Positions 1-9,225 of a DNA stretch of 32,000 nt are shown one piece after another. Source of the DNA: Candidatus Saccharimonadota bacterium (lineage in GTDB: Bacteria > Pseudomonadota > Alphaproteobacteria > Rickettsiales > Anaplasmataceae). Under the pieces are notes generated by a model. The model was given only the letters and a program-made list of their open reading frames with translations. It was not told where the DNA came from and ran no database searches. A program made the translations under genes and the position numbers. Each line of letters begins with the position of its first letter. Within the stretch, counting starts at the first letter, position 1. The stretch covers positions 701,851-733,850 of the forward strand of contig CP085695.1 in NCBI GenBank assembly GCA_029715105.1, given 5' to 3'.

Positions 1-293
1 ACCCACATATATAAAATGTAGCTAAATAACACAAAGAACTGAAACATTTGATTTAAAATTACCAACTTAAAGGATTTGCTTCGTATTTCACTCTCTATTT
101 CAGAAAAAATCGCCTCATGATGTTCTAAAATTATTTCATTCAAATTTAAGAGCAAACTCATAATCATATTACAGAACTGTAAAACTATAATAATAATAAT
201 CAAATCAAGCAATATAGATATATAACGTCTAAATCCTGTCACATAGCATATTCCACTTTTATCTATTTTTATCTTTTGAACATTGCTTGCCAT
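1..293 (-). CDS. Partial CDS (N-terminus only; runs off the left edge), probable RDD-family membrane protein
   Basis: Hand translation of the minus strand from the ATG at 293-291: MASNVQKIKIDKSGICYVTGFRRYISILLDLIIIIIVLQF... with no stop before position 1. The GFxRRxxxxLxDxxI pattern followed by a hydrophobic helix resembles the start of an RDD domain. It is absent from the ORF track because it is incomplete. Confidence 0.4.
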   Translation of the reverse strand, partial: MASNVQKIKIDKSGICYVTGFRRYISILLDLIIIIIVLQFCNMIMSLLLNLNEIILEHHEAIFSEIESEIRSKSFKLVILNQMFQFFVLFSYILYMW

Positions 294-369
294 AAAAAGC
301 AAAACAGAAAATAAACGATAAAAAAACTTATACAACATATACAATATAAAATATTTTTACATTTAACTC

Positions 370-453
370 TACCCCTGACCGGATTTGAACCAGCATGCTT
401 TTAATAGCAACAGATTTTGAGTCTGCCGTGTCTTCCAATTCCACCACAGGGGT
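370..453 (-). tRNA. tRNA-Leu, anticodon CAA (type II tRNA with a long variable arm)
   Basis: Hand-folded cloverleaf on the minus strand. Acceptor stem is ACCCCTG/CAGGGGT. D-arm is GTG-AATTGGAAGA-CAC. Anticodon stem is GCAGA/TCTGT with loop CTCAAAA. Variable arm is about 17 nt. T-arm is GCTGG-TTCAAAT-CCGGT. Discriminator is A. No CCA is encoded. Confidence 0.9.
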
Positions 454-574
454 ATTAGAACCTAAATGCTATAAGTTGATAAAAAAATAGTCAATTTTTT
501 TGTTCTATATATCTTTTAAACAAAGATTAAATATCCTACACTAATCGATAAATTAATTACTTTTCAAAATCAAA

Positions 575-2020
575 ATGAATAAACCAATTAACTCCATTAC
601 TTCTATAAGTATAGATAAGGAAATATGTAAATTACCATATAACTTAGAAGCTGAGCAAATGCTTATCGGTGCAATGATTCGTGATAATAGAATTTGCGAT
701 GCAATTGAAAATATGATTACACCAGATAGTTTCTATGACCCATTACATCAAAATATTTTTACTCAAATAATAAAAATTAGAAAACATGGTGTCATTGCTA
801 ATGAATTAAATCTCAAAATGTTCTTTGAAAACGACAAAACATTTATTAAATGCGGTGGTGTTAAATATCTTGCAAAACTTGCAGCAAAAGCAAGTATTGC
901 ACTTGATATCTACAACCTAATCAGAATAATTCATGACACCTACTTAAGAAGATGTTTAATCAAATTAGGACATGAAATAATTAATAATAGCTATAAATAT
1001 GATATTGAAAACCCCGCACAGGCGCAAATCGAACAAATAATAACTAAATTATTTAACTTATTAAGAAAACAAAACGAAAAAACATATATAGAGCTTGCTA
1101 GCTCAATTAAAAATGTAGTCAAAAAAATAAGTATGCTAAAAAATAATCCAGAAGCACTTGGAATTACAACAGGACTTCAAGATTTAAATCAAATTCTTGG
1201 TGGTCTACAAAAATCAGATTTATTGATTCTAGCTGCAAGACCTTCTATGGGCAAAACAGCATTAGCTCTAAATATTGCACTTAATGCCTGTAAATTCTTA
1301 TATAAGAAAACAAATAAACATCACTACGTAGTGTTCTTTTCACTTGAAATGTCAGCAGAACAATTAACTGCAAGATTAATTACTATAGATTCAAAAGTTA
1401 GTTATTATAAAGCATTAACTGGAAAAATTAGTAATTTTGAATTACACGCATTTATTAGTGCAAGTACAGAATTATCTGAATTACCTTTTATTATAGACGA
1501 TACTCCAGCGCTATCAATTAGCACTCTTCACACAAGAATACGTCTACTATGCCAATTATATAATGTAGCAGTAGTATTTATCGATTATCTGCAATTAATT
1601 AAAGGAACAACAAAAAGAAGTAACGAAAATAGAGTACAAGAAATCACAGAAGTGACACAAGGTCTAAAAACAATTGCAAAAGAATTAAATATTCCAGTTG
1701 TTGCATTATCGCAACTTTCCCGTTCTGTAGAACAAAGAGATGAAAAAAAACCACAACTTGCAGATTTAAGAGATTCAGGGAGTATAGAACAAGACGCAGA
1801 TGTAGTAATGTTTTTATATAGAGAAGAATATTATGAATTAAGAAAACAACCAAATGAAGGAAGCAATAAACATCGAGAATGGCAAGAAAAAATGGAAAAA
1901 ATTAGAAATTTTGCAGAACTCATTATTGCAAAACAAAGAAATGGACCAATCGGCAATATAAAACTATACTTTGACTCTAGTAGAGGAGCATTTAAAGACT
2001 ATACAGAAGAACATATTTAA
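575..2020 (+). CDS. dnaB: Replicative DNA helicase DnaB
   Basis: 481-aa ORF with Walker A ARPSMGKTALALN, plus SLEMS, IDYLQL, SQLSR, LRDSGSIEQDADVV and IAKQRNGP motifs typical of the DnaB family. Confidence 0.95.
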   Translation: MNKPINSITSISIDKEICKLPYNLEAEQMLIGAMIRDNRICDAIENMITPDSFYDPLHQNIFTQIIKIRKHGVIANELNLKMFFENDKTFIKCGGVKYLAKLAAKASIALDIYNLIRIIHDTYLRRCLIKLGHEIINNSYKYDIENPAQAQIEQIITKLFNLLRKQNEKTYIELASSIKNVVKKISMLKNNPEALGITTGLQDLNQILGGLQKSDLLILAARPSMGKTALALNIALNACKFLYKKTNKHHYVVFFSLEMSAEQLTARLITIDSKVSYYKALTGKISNFELHAFISASTELSELPFIIDDTPALSISTLHTRIRLLCQLYNVAVVFIDYLQLIKGTTKRSNENRVQEITEVTQGLKTIAKELNIPVVALSQLSRSVEQRDEKKPQLADLRDSGSIEQDADVVMFLYREEYYELRKQPNEGSNKHREWQEKMEKIRNFAELIIAKQRNGPIGNIKLYFDSSRGAFKDYTEEHI

Positions 2021-2078
2021 TTAACAAATATTATAAATTGTTTTACATAAAAAATACTTTTTTATATATATAACAATA

Positions 2079-2096
2079 AAGAGATTACACTCTCTT
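2079..2096 (+). terminator. Candidate intrinsic terminator downstream of dnaB
   Basis: AAGAGA-ttacac-TCTCTT hairpin (6-bp stem, 6-nt loop) 58 nt after the dnaB stop, followed by the T-rich tail ctttctcatt. The stem is weak. Confidence 0.3.
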
Positions 2097-2835
2097 CTTT
2101 CTCATTAAATTATTTAAATAAAAACTATAAAATAAATATCACAAAATTATTCAATAGCTTTATATGATTATTAATATTAAAATTTATAAAAGAAACACAC
2201 CTTTAAAAATATTAAATTATTTTGTTTATTACTAACAATATACATTGTTACTTCGTTTACGAAAATAAACTATCTAAAACTGATCCTAATCTCTTGCGTT
2301 AAAACAGTAAAAAGATAAAATGCTACGGGGACCTCCTAACTTTAATTCTACTCCATTATATAGTTATTACTAAAATATTTAAGGTAGAAAATAAGTAAGA
2401 TATAAATTATACAGTATTTATACCGCATATAAGTCAGAAACCATAGATAATGATCTTTACTTCCTAACAAAAACTTAAACTTTCAACCTTAAGATCTTCT
2501 TGTTAAGAAAATTTTATATAAAATACTAAAAACTCTTGTATAGATTAGGAATCTTATCTAAATAAGTTTTCTATGAATAAAATAGAAACTAATTAAAATA
2601 ACATTCATAAATGAAGTTAATAAAGTAAAATATCAAAACTAACCCAATTAAAAATTTTGATCAAAAACCAATAAAAATTACTTATATAATTTACTCCTAT
2701 TTTATATCTTTAAATTTATTCTTTTCGTATATAAACCAATTAACTACAATTACTAATTAACAGTAATAAGGATTTTCAAATTTGCGAAGTGTCCTAATTT
2801 ACTACAAAAATATCCCAACAACTCTTTCTCTAACA

Positions 2836-4374
2836 TCATTTAATCTTTAAAAAGATAGGAGTAGGTCTTGGTAGCTCAATACCTGAACTTATGCAAGCCT
2901 TATATAAAGACTTTAAATCACGTTCTTCTTTCGGAATTTTCAACTGATCTAATATTATTTCTGCTGACTTTGGAACGATTGGCTGCAATAAGATACCAAT
3001 TATTCTAATATATTCAAGTAACTTATATATTACTAAATTTACACGCTTTTTTACATTAACTTTAATTAATATCCAAGGCGCGTTTTTATCTATATAAGCA
3101 TTAGCTTCAGAAGAGATACTAATAATTAGAAGTATGATCCGATCATACTCATACCTTAATAGATGATCTATCACCTTATTAAATAAAACTTTACAATTTG
3201 GAAGTTTTTCTTCGTTTTTTAACAAACTTTTATCAACTACTGGTATAATTCCAAAATACTGTTTATGCAAAAACGAAATTGTTCTTTGTATTAAATTTCC
3301 TATATTGTTCGCTAATTCTGAATTTATTCTATTAATCATATTTTTTCTATTAAAACTAGCATCTTGACCAAATTTTACCTCTCGAAGAAGATAATATCGT
3401 AATTGATCAACACCAAACTCTTTCACTAAATTAATCGGATCTATGATATTACCAAAAGACTTAGATATTTTCTTTCCATCATTCAGCCACCAACCATGAA
3501 CCGCAATTTGCTTAGGCAACGGTAAATTTGCAGCTAGAAGAATGGCCGGCCAATATACTGCGTGAAAACGCAATATATCCTTGCCAATCACATGAATATT
3601 TAAGGAACTACTATTTGCCCAAAACTTTTTATATCCTTGACCTTCAACATCTGGAAAACCTACTGATGTTAAATAATTAGTAAGTGCATCAATCCAAACA
3701 TAGATTATATGTTTATTACTACCCGGTACTTTTATTCCCCAACTAAAACTACTACGAGAAATTGAAAGATCAGTAAGTCCTGATTTTATAAACGATACTA
3801 CTTCATTTTTTCTACTTTTAGGTAAAACAAAATTCGGCTGATTTTCATATAATTCTAATAATTTATCCTGCCAATGCGACAAACGAAAAAAACAACTCTC
3901 TTCTCTTACCCACTGAACTTCACCACCAGCTGGAGTTTTACCATTTATCAACTCAGATTCATGATAAAACGCTTCATCATAAACCGAATACCAACCAGAA
4001 TAATAACCAAAATATACCTGCCCCATTTCTTCAAGTCTATTCCACAAAGCCACCACAGCTCTCTCATGACGTTTTTCAGTAGTACGTACAAAATCATCAT
4101 ATTGAAAATTCATAAACTTAGTTAAATTCTTAAATGAAACATTTATTTTATCTACAAATTCTTTTGGTCGTACTCCATATGCTTCAGCCGCTTTCTCAAT
4201 TTTTTGCCCATGTTCATCCGTACCAGTAGTAAACTTAACATCTTTTCCAGCAAGTCTCATAAATCTCGCCATCACATCACATAAAAGAGAAGTATACACA
4301 TGACCAATATGTGGTCTATCGTTTACATAATATATAGGTGTAGTAATGTAAAAATTTTCAAATTGTTTCACCAT
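2836..4374 (-). CDS. metG: Methionyl-tRNA synthetase (short form, no C-terminal tRNA-binding extension)
   Basis: 512-aa ORF with a class I HIGH motif (PHIGHVYT), a KMSKS-type motif (KISKS) and the WIDALTNY motif. Confidence 0.95.
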   Translation of the reverse strand: MVKQFENFYITTPIYYVNDRPHIGHVYTSLLCDVMARFMRLAGKDVKFTTGTDEHGQKIEKAAEAYGVRPKEFVDKINVSFKNLTKFMNFQYDDFVRTTEKRHERAVVALWNRLEEMGQVYFGYYSGWYSVYDEAFYHESELINGKTPAGGEVQWVREESCFFRLSHWQDKLLELYENQPNFVLPKSRKNEVVSFIKSGLTDLSISRSSFSWGIKVPGSNKHIIYVWIDALTNYLTSVGFPDVEGQGYKKFWANSSSLNIHVIGKDILRFHAVYWPAILLAANLPLPKQIAVHGWWLNDGKKISKSFGNIIDPINLVKEFGVDQLRYYLLREVKFGQDASFNRKNMINRINSELANNIGNLIQRTISFLHKQYFGIIPVVDKSLLKNEEKLPNCKVLFNKVIDHLLRYEYDRIILLIISISSEANAYIDKNAPWILIKVNVKKRVNLVIYKLLEYIRIIGILLQPIVPKSAEIILDQLKIPKEERDLKSLYKACISSGIELPRPTPIFLKIK

Positions 4375-5062
4375 TTAAAAACCTAATTTTATCCACATTT
4401 ATCACAAAATTAATAATTTGTTGACTTTAACATTAGATGATTAAAATCACACCACCCTCTTTTTGTAAAAACTCAATACTACCATGTACCATCGTAAATC
4501 ATTACACATTTACTAACAAAACTATAATTAACCACAACCCACCCAATCACAAATTTAATATTAAAAGCATATCCCTATAAAGGAAAACATAAAAATTTTT
4601 TTACACTTAACTTATTTTATATTTCTTCCTTGATTTTTAAATCACTCTAATTGATTAGAGTACTACTAATAAATATAGAAATAGAATAAGAAATATAATA
4701 AAATTACATAAAATTAATATTTTGATAAGTTATATATAATATATGTAAAAATTACATATATAATATAATAAATTATACAAAAATTGTTTTATCCTAACAA
4801 AAATAAATATTGATTTTATCTCCACCCACGCTCCAAACCACTTCAACAAATAAAATCCACTAATGATTCACTAGTGAATAAGATAAGATTATCAATGATT
4901 ATTGATAATTTCTATATTTTCCACTCAAGCCAAATTTATTCTTTAGATATAAAACTCTTTATTTTTTATAACCCTTCTTATTCTAAAATATTTACTTTAA
5001 CAAGAAAAACAAAATGAACTAATATTTATATTTTCATCTAATAAATTAAATTTATCTAAAAT

Positions 5063-6133
5063 ATGCAAAAACACTATGTAGGTATTTGTTTCATGCTACT
5101 TTTTACAACTGGCACATTATTTCTAATGCGCCCTATGATTTTTCCATGTTTGATATCTATCATTGTTGCATACTTATGCAACCCACTAGTAGTAAAATTT
5201 GAAAAATATAAAATACCACGCTTATATTCTGCAATTTTTATTACAATAATTTTACTAATAATTCTTATATTAATCTTTGCATTTATATTGCCTATCATAT
5301 ACGTCCAAATATCTTCAATATTAAACTTCCTAATTAGTAGAGTCCCTTCGCTAAATCTAGTGAATATTACATCTAAACTAAAATTTCTTGACATAACAAA
5401 AGATTGTTTATTTGATTATTTATACGAAATAAAAACAAAAAATTATGAAAATAATATATCTTATTTTATAAGCATCTTTGATATCATAGGTAATTTCTTA
5501 ATTCAAGTATTAAACTCAAGCTTTAATTTAATTCATACATTATCACTAATAGCTATTACTCCTGCAGTATTCTTTTATATATTACGTGATTGGCCTTTTA
5601 TTGTAATAAGAGTTAATAAATTGATTCCTATTCCCTACAGAGAGGAAGTTGTAAAATTTTTTTTAAAAATAGATTTCATTGTATCTAACTATCTAAAAGG
5701 ACAAATAAACATATGCATTTTTATGATGATTTTTTATTCCATAGGTCTTGATTTAATAGGACTAAAACATTCTATTACCATCGGAATCTTATCGGGAGCA
5801 CTAACATTTATACCTTGTATAGGACCATTGTTATATACAATAATTGGTGTTCTAAGCGTTATTGCTCAATTTAACAGATGGTCTGAAAGTGTCGCTGTCT
5901 TAACGTTATTTGGTATTGAACAAATAATAGACACAAATCTGCTTGTTCCTTTATTAATAGGAAAAAAAATCCATATGCATCCAACTATAATTATTCTTGG
6001 AATTACTATATGTACATCATACTTTGGAATTATTGGTATATTACTTTTTATTCCAACAATAGCAGTATTCTATGCTTCAACTAGATGTATAATCTATAAA
6101 TACCTCAAAAGCAAATTTTATAAAAACGGTTAA
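5063..6133 (+). CDS. AI-2E family (PerM/UPF0118-like) integral membrane transporter
   Basis: 356-aa polytopic membrane ORF. The architecture and the N-terminal pattern (ISIIVAYLCNPLV..FEK..IPR) resemble the AI-2E/PerM family. The start codon is not certain. Confidence 0.7.
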   Translation: MQKHYVGICFMLLFTTGTLFLMRPMIFPCLISIIVAYLCNPLVVKFEKYKIPRLYSAIFITIILLIILILIFAFILPIIYVQISSILNFLISRVPSLNLVNITSKLKFLDITKDCLFDYLYEIKTKNYENNISYFISIFDIIGNFLIQVLNSSFNLIHTLSLIAITPAVFFYILRDWPFIVIRVNKLIPIPYREEVVKFFLKIDFIVSNYLKGQINICIFMMIFYSIGLDLIGLKHSITIGILSGALTFIPCIGPLLYTIIGVLSVIAQFNRWSESVAVLTLFGIEQIIDTNLLVPLLIGKKIHMHPTIIILGITICTSYFGIIGILLFIPTIAVFYASTRCIIYKYLKSKFYKNG

Positions 6134-6266
6134 ATTTTTACTTATAATAAAAAACATATATATGCAAATATATACACAGAAATAATAAAAGAAACCTACT
6201 CACTAAAAAAAGTTAGTGTAATAAAGGTAAATAATCATCTATTGTAAAAATAAATAACCAATTGAA

Positions 6267-6290
6267 ATCTCTCTAAAATTTTAGAGAGAT
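6267..6290. repeat. 24-bp perfect palindrome ATCTCTCTAAAA|TTTTAGAGAGAT
   Basis: Verified base by base: the sequence equals its own reverse complement. It lies about 135 bp downstream of the transporter gene stop. Confidence 0.95.
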
Positions 6291-6919
6291 AAAAGAAACA
6301 AATACACAAGTAAAAACTTTGCATCATTTTTACATATCTTTCTTCTTATATTAAGAATGGCATCCCATCCATTGAAAATGTTTTACCCTTATTAAAATAA
6401 AAATAAACCAAATAAAGGTTTTCAATTTATACATAATTATTTTATACAATATATTTCAATAATTAAATTTATATAAAACTTCACCAATTTAAACCATAAT
6501 CTAATTATATGATAAAAATAAAACTAAAATTTAAAAAAACAAAACGAAAATTTATTGTACTCGCCATATTGATAAATAGTTTATTTATCTTATCTCTTTT
6601 ATTAGATAAAAATCATATTCCCAGCAAAATTATAATTAAACAAATAGATATAGAACTAAAGAATAAATTCTAAAATTTCTATAAATAGAACAAATTAAAA
6701 AGTACTTTTATCAAAAAGCCTCTATAAGTCCCATTTAAGATATAGAAAACCACTATTTTTTTTTGAAAACAACTCTCATATTTATAAATAAAACTAAGCT
6801 ACATATTCCTTCCTATATATAAAATAGGAAAACAAAAACATTTTACTCACTAATAAATAAAACTTATCAACTTAATATTTCTATTCTTTGCTAAGATCCT
6901 TTAAAATGTTTAAATAAAG

Positions 6920-6929
6920 CCCCCCCCCC
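6920..6929. repeat. C10 (G10 on the minus strand) homopolymer tract
   Basis: Direct count gives ten consecutive C. It is the longest G/C run I noticed in the window, about 150 bp upstream of plsC. Confidence 0.95.
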
Positions 6930-7080
6930 TTACTCTCATTACCATACAACATAAAACAAATATATTTCAACAAAATTACTCTCTATAAAATTTCGGTTGA
7001 CTTATATCATTACATTCTAACAATAATATACAGACTTATCCTTGATAAGGGTATTTTAAAATTTAAAAATATCTAAAGTC

Positions 7081-7833
7081 ATGACGTTGATATTAAATGG
7101 GCTACTGTTCAATCTCTTTTTTATAATATGGGAAATAGTATACACTTCAGTTACACTTCCAATGCTTCTACTCCCCATACGTATAATAAATACTTTTCTT
7201 ACCTATTCAATAAGAATTGTATTATACATGCTTTATTTATTGCATAATATTGAATATACTGTTAAAGGAGTGGAGAATATACCAAAACAACCGTTCATAA
7301 TTGCTTCTAAACATCAATCCCCGTTCGAAGCATTCATCTTTATACTTTTATTTAAAAACGCAGTTTTCATTTTAAAACGCGAACTAAAATGGATTCCATT
7401 CATTGGTCTGCATCTTATAGCACTAAAAATGATTTTTATTAATCGTGTAAACGGCATTAAATCTATCAGACACATTATTAATTTATCTAAAATCCGTATA
7501 AAAGAAAATAGAAATATAATAATATTCCCCGAAGGTACTAGAACATCTATAACACAAAAAATAAAATATCAACCAGGAGTTGCGGCACTGTACAATGCGC
7601 TATCTATTCCCGTATTACCAGTTGCATTAAATACAGGATTATTCTGGCCAAAAAATATATTTTCTATAAGAAAAAATTCTGGAAAGGCAACAATAGAGAT
7701 ATTACCTCCTATACATCCAGGATTAAACAAAAATGAATTCTTAAAAAATTTAGAAAAAACTATTGAAGAAAAAAGTAAAAAATTAACTATAGCTAAAACT
7801 AATAATTTACAAATTAATAAAAAAAATCTATAA
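7081..7833 (+). CDS. plsC: 1-acyl-sn-glycerol-3-phosphate acyltransferase
   Basis: 250-aa ORF with acyltransferase motif I as KHQSPFE (HX4E instead of HX4D) and motif III IFPEGTR, plus an N-terminal hydrophobic anchor. Confidence 0.85.
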   Translation: MTLILNGLLFNLFFIIWEIVYTSVTLPMLLLPIRIINTFLTYSIRIVLYMLYLLHNIEYTVKGVENIPKQPFIIASKHQSPFEAFIFILLFKNAVFILKRELKWIPFIGLHLIALKMIFINRVNGIKSIRHIINLSKIRIKENRNIIIFPEGTRTSITQKIKYQPGVAALYNALSIPVLPVALNTGLFWPKNIFSIRKNSGKATIEILPPIHPGLNKNEFLKNLEKTIEEKSKKLTIAKTNNLQINKKNL

Positions 7834-7867
7834 TATGAAACAAGTACAGTTAAGATTTTAATCTCAT

Positions 7868-8140
7868 ATGGCAAATCATAAAAATGCTAAAAAAATGATA
7901 AAAATCATCGCAAAACGTAATTTAATAAATAAAATGTTTAAAAATAAAACACGCACCGCTATTAAAAAATTGGTTAATATGATTGAGTCTGGTAATAAAA
8001 AAAATATTGCTGTAGCATTTCAAAATGCTGAATCTAATTTACAAAAATGTGCAAGTAGAGGTATCATTCACAAAAATACTGCTGCACGTAAAATACGTCG
8101 CTTAAATATAAAAGTTAAAACACTAATATCTTCTTCCTAA
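7868..8140 (+). CDS. rpsT: 30S ribosomal protein S20
   Basis: 90-aa highly basic ORF starting MANHKNAKKMIK, with IHKNTAARKIRRL near the C-terminus, as is typical of S20. Confidence 0.9.
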   Translation: MANHKNAKKMIKIIAKRNLINKMFKNKTRTAIKKLVNMIESGNKKNIAVAFQNAESNLQKCASRGIIHKNTAARKIRRLNIKVKTLISSS

Positions 8141-9015
8141 CAGGTCGTAACTATAAAATTTTCAGTTCACACCCTTTCCCTTTTGCAGAATCAAGTCGAC
8201 CTAATACCTAAAATTTTCTAAAAACACCAACTACTAATCACGTTTATAAACTTAAAATACCTCGCTATACCATAAAATATACAACACAAAAATATATATA
8301 AAAAGATCATTAAAATATCTCTATGTATGCTGCAAATCATCTTAATTATCAATAAATAATATATAAAACTAATAATCAAAAATCCATAAACTCCAATTAA
8401 ATTGGAAAACATACAATAGCACTTTTTAATACTAAACTCTCTCTCTTTACAAAGATTTTCAAAATAATCTTGATAAATCTCTCCTCTATCAATAGAGGAA
8501 ACTAATTCAATTGAAAATTTCTTTTTATACACTAATTAAATAAAATTAAAGTTCAAAACCTCTTCTTTGTAATAACCCAAAATAAAATAATATATATACC
8601 ACAAATATAAAATGGAAAATTTTAATAATAAAAACTACTATTTTAATCTCAAACGATAAAAATTTTCATTCATTAAATGAGATGACCCTGATCTCTCTCT
8701 TGTCTATAAAAATAGAGTCTATAATACACAGTAAAAATATTAAAGAAATTACTTATAAAGTAATAAAATCCATAGAAAAAAAAATAAACCTCTCAAATTA
8801 GATTTAATAAGCTCGAAGATAATCTTAAAATACAAATAATATTTTTATTAATGTTTCTTATCCATATCCTAAAATAACTCCACACTTATATTTTACATTC
8901 TCTCCTCCGTAAAACTATACTATAGAATTGAATAAACTCATATAAAATAAAGCTAAGATCTCAGATAATTGGGTGATACAATCCCTTTAAATATAACACC
9001 ACATAAATTCCTACG

Positions 9016-9039
9016 CTCTTTTATAAATTTATAAGGGAG
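9016..9039. repeat. 24-nt imperfect palindrome CTCTTTTATAAA|TTTATAAGGGAG
   Basis: It is fully paired as + strand RNA if two G.U pairs are allowed (t9019.g9036, t9020.g9035). The right arm carries a G-rich AAGGGAG motif that is rare in these spacers. Confidence 0.8.
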
Positions 9040-9225
9040 ATTATATAACTAAAGTAAACTTACATTACATATCACAAGAATTTTTCATATTATAAATCTA
9101 ATATGCTTAAATATTATATTTAAAAAATTTCTACTACAAAATAAAAATCCTTTTTCAGGTTACCTTCATATTCTTAAGTTTCAAGAGAATTAAATTTCTT
9201 AATTTTGAAGTTAGCACTAGCACAT

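Noticed and set aside
1644-1853. The many antisense or out-of-frame track ORFs inside strong genes: 1644-1853, 3874-4125, 5074-5394, 7569-7874, 9692-9883, 12999-13220, 13440-13640, 13751-13966, 14128-14322, 14255-14632, 14680-14901, 18400-18606, 24375-24621, 25182-25502, 26798-27016, 27667-27897, 28396-28611, 30223-30450, 31150-31557
   Set aside because: Each lies within or opposite a gene with clear family motifs. The products are low-complexity and have no recognisable domains.
4389-4397. Perfect DnaA-box consensus TTATCCACA just upstream of metG, with partial ATCCACA matches near 27346 and 29357
   Set aside because: My rough estimate is about one chance occurrence of this 9-mer in 64 kb of two-strand sequence at this composition. 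There is no cluster of boxes, and the GC skew does not change sign here. This is not an origin.
8143-8202. AGGTCG ... CGACCT inverted repeat after rpsT, which looked like an acceptor stem or tRNA remnant or a terminator
   Set aside because: The enclosed 48 nt has no D-arm, anticodon arm or T-loop features. The stem is only 6 bp with a very long loop, and no U-run follows.
8218-8532. 104-aa track ORF on the minus strand encoding an F/I/L/Y/C-rich putative two-TM protein
   Set aside because: It needs a GTG start, has no SD, and its composition is what the T/G-rich minus strand of a spacer yields by chance because stops need A. It also contains the 8482-8499 hairpin. I cannot exclude it, but I do not support it as a gene.
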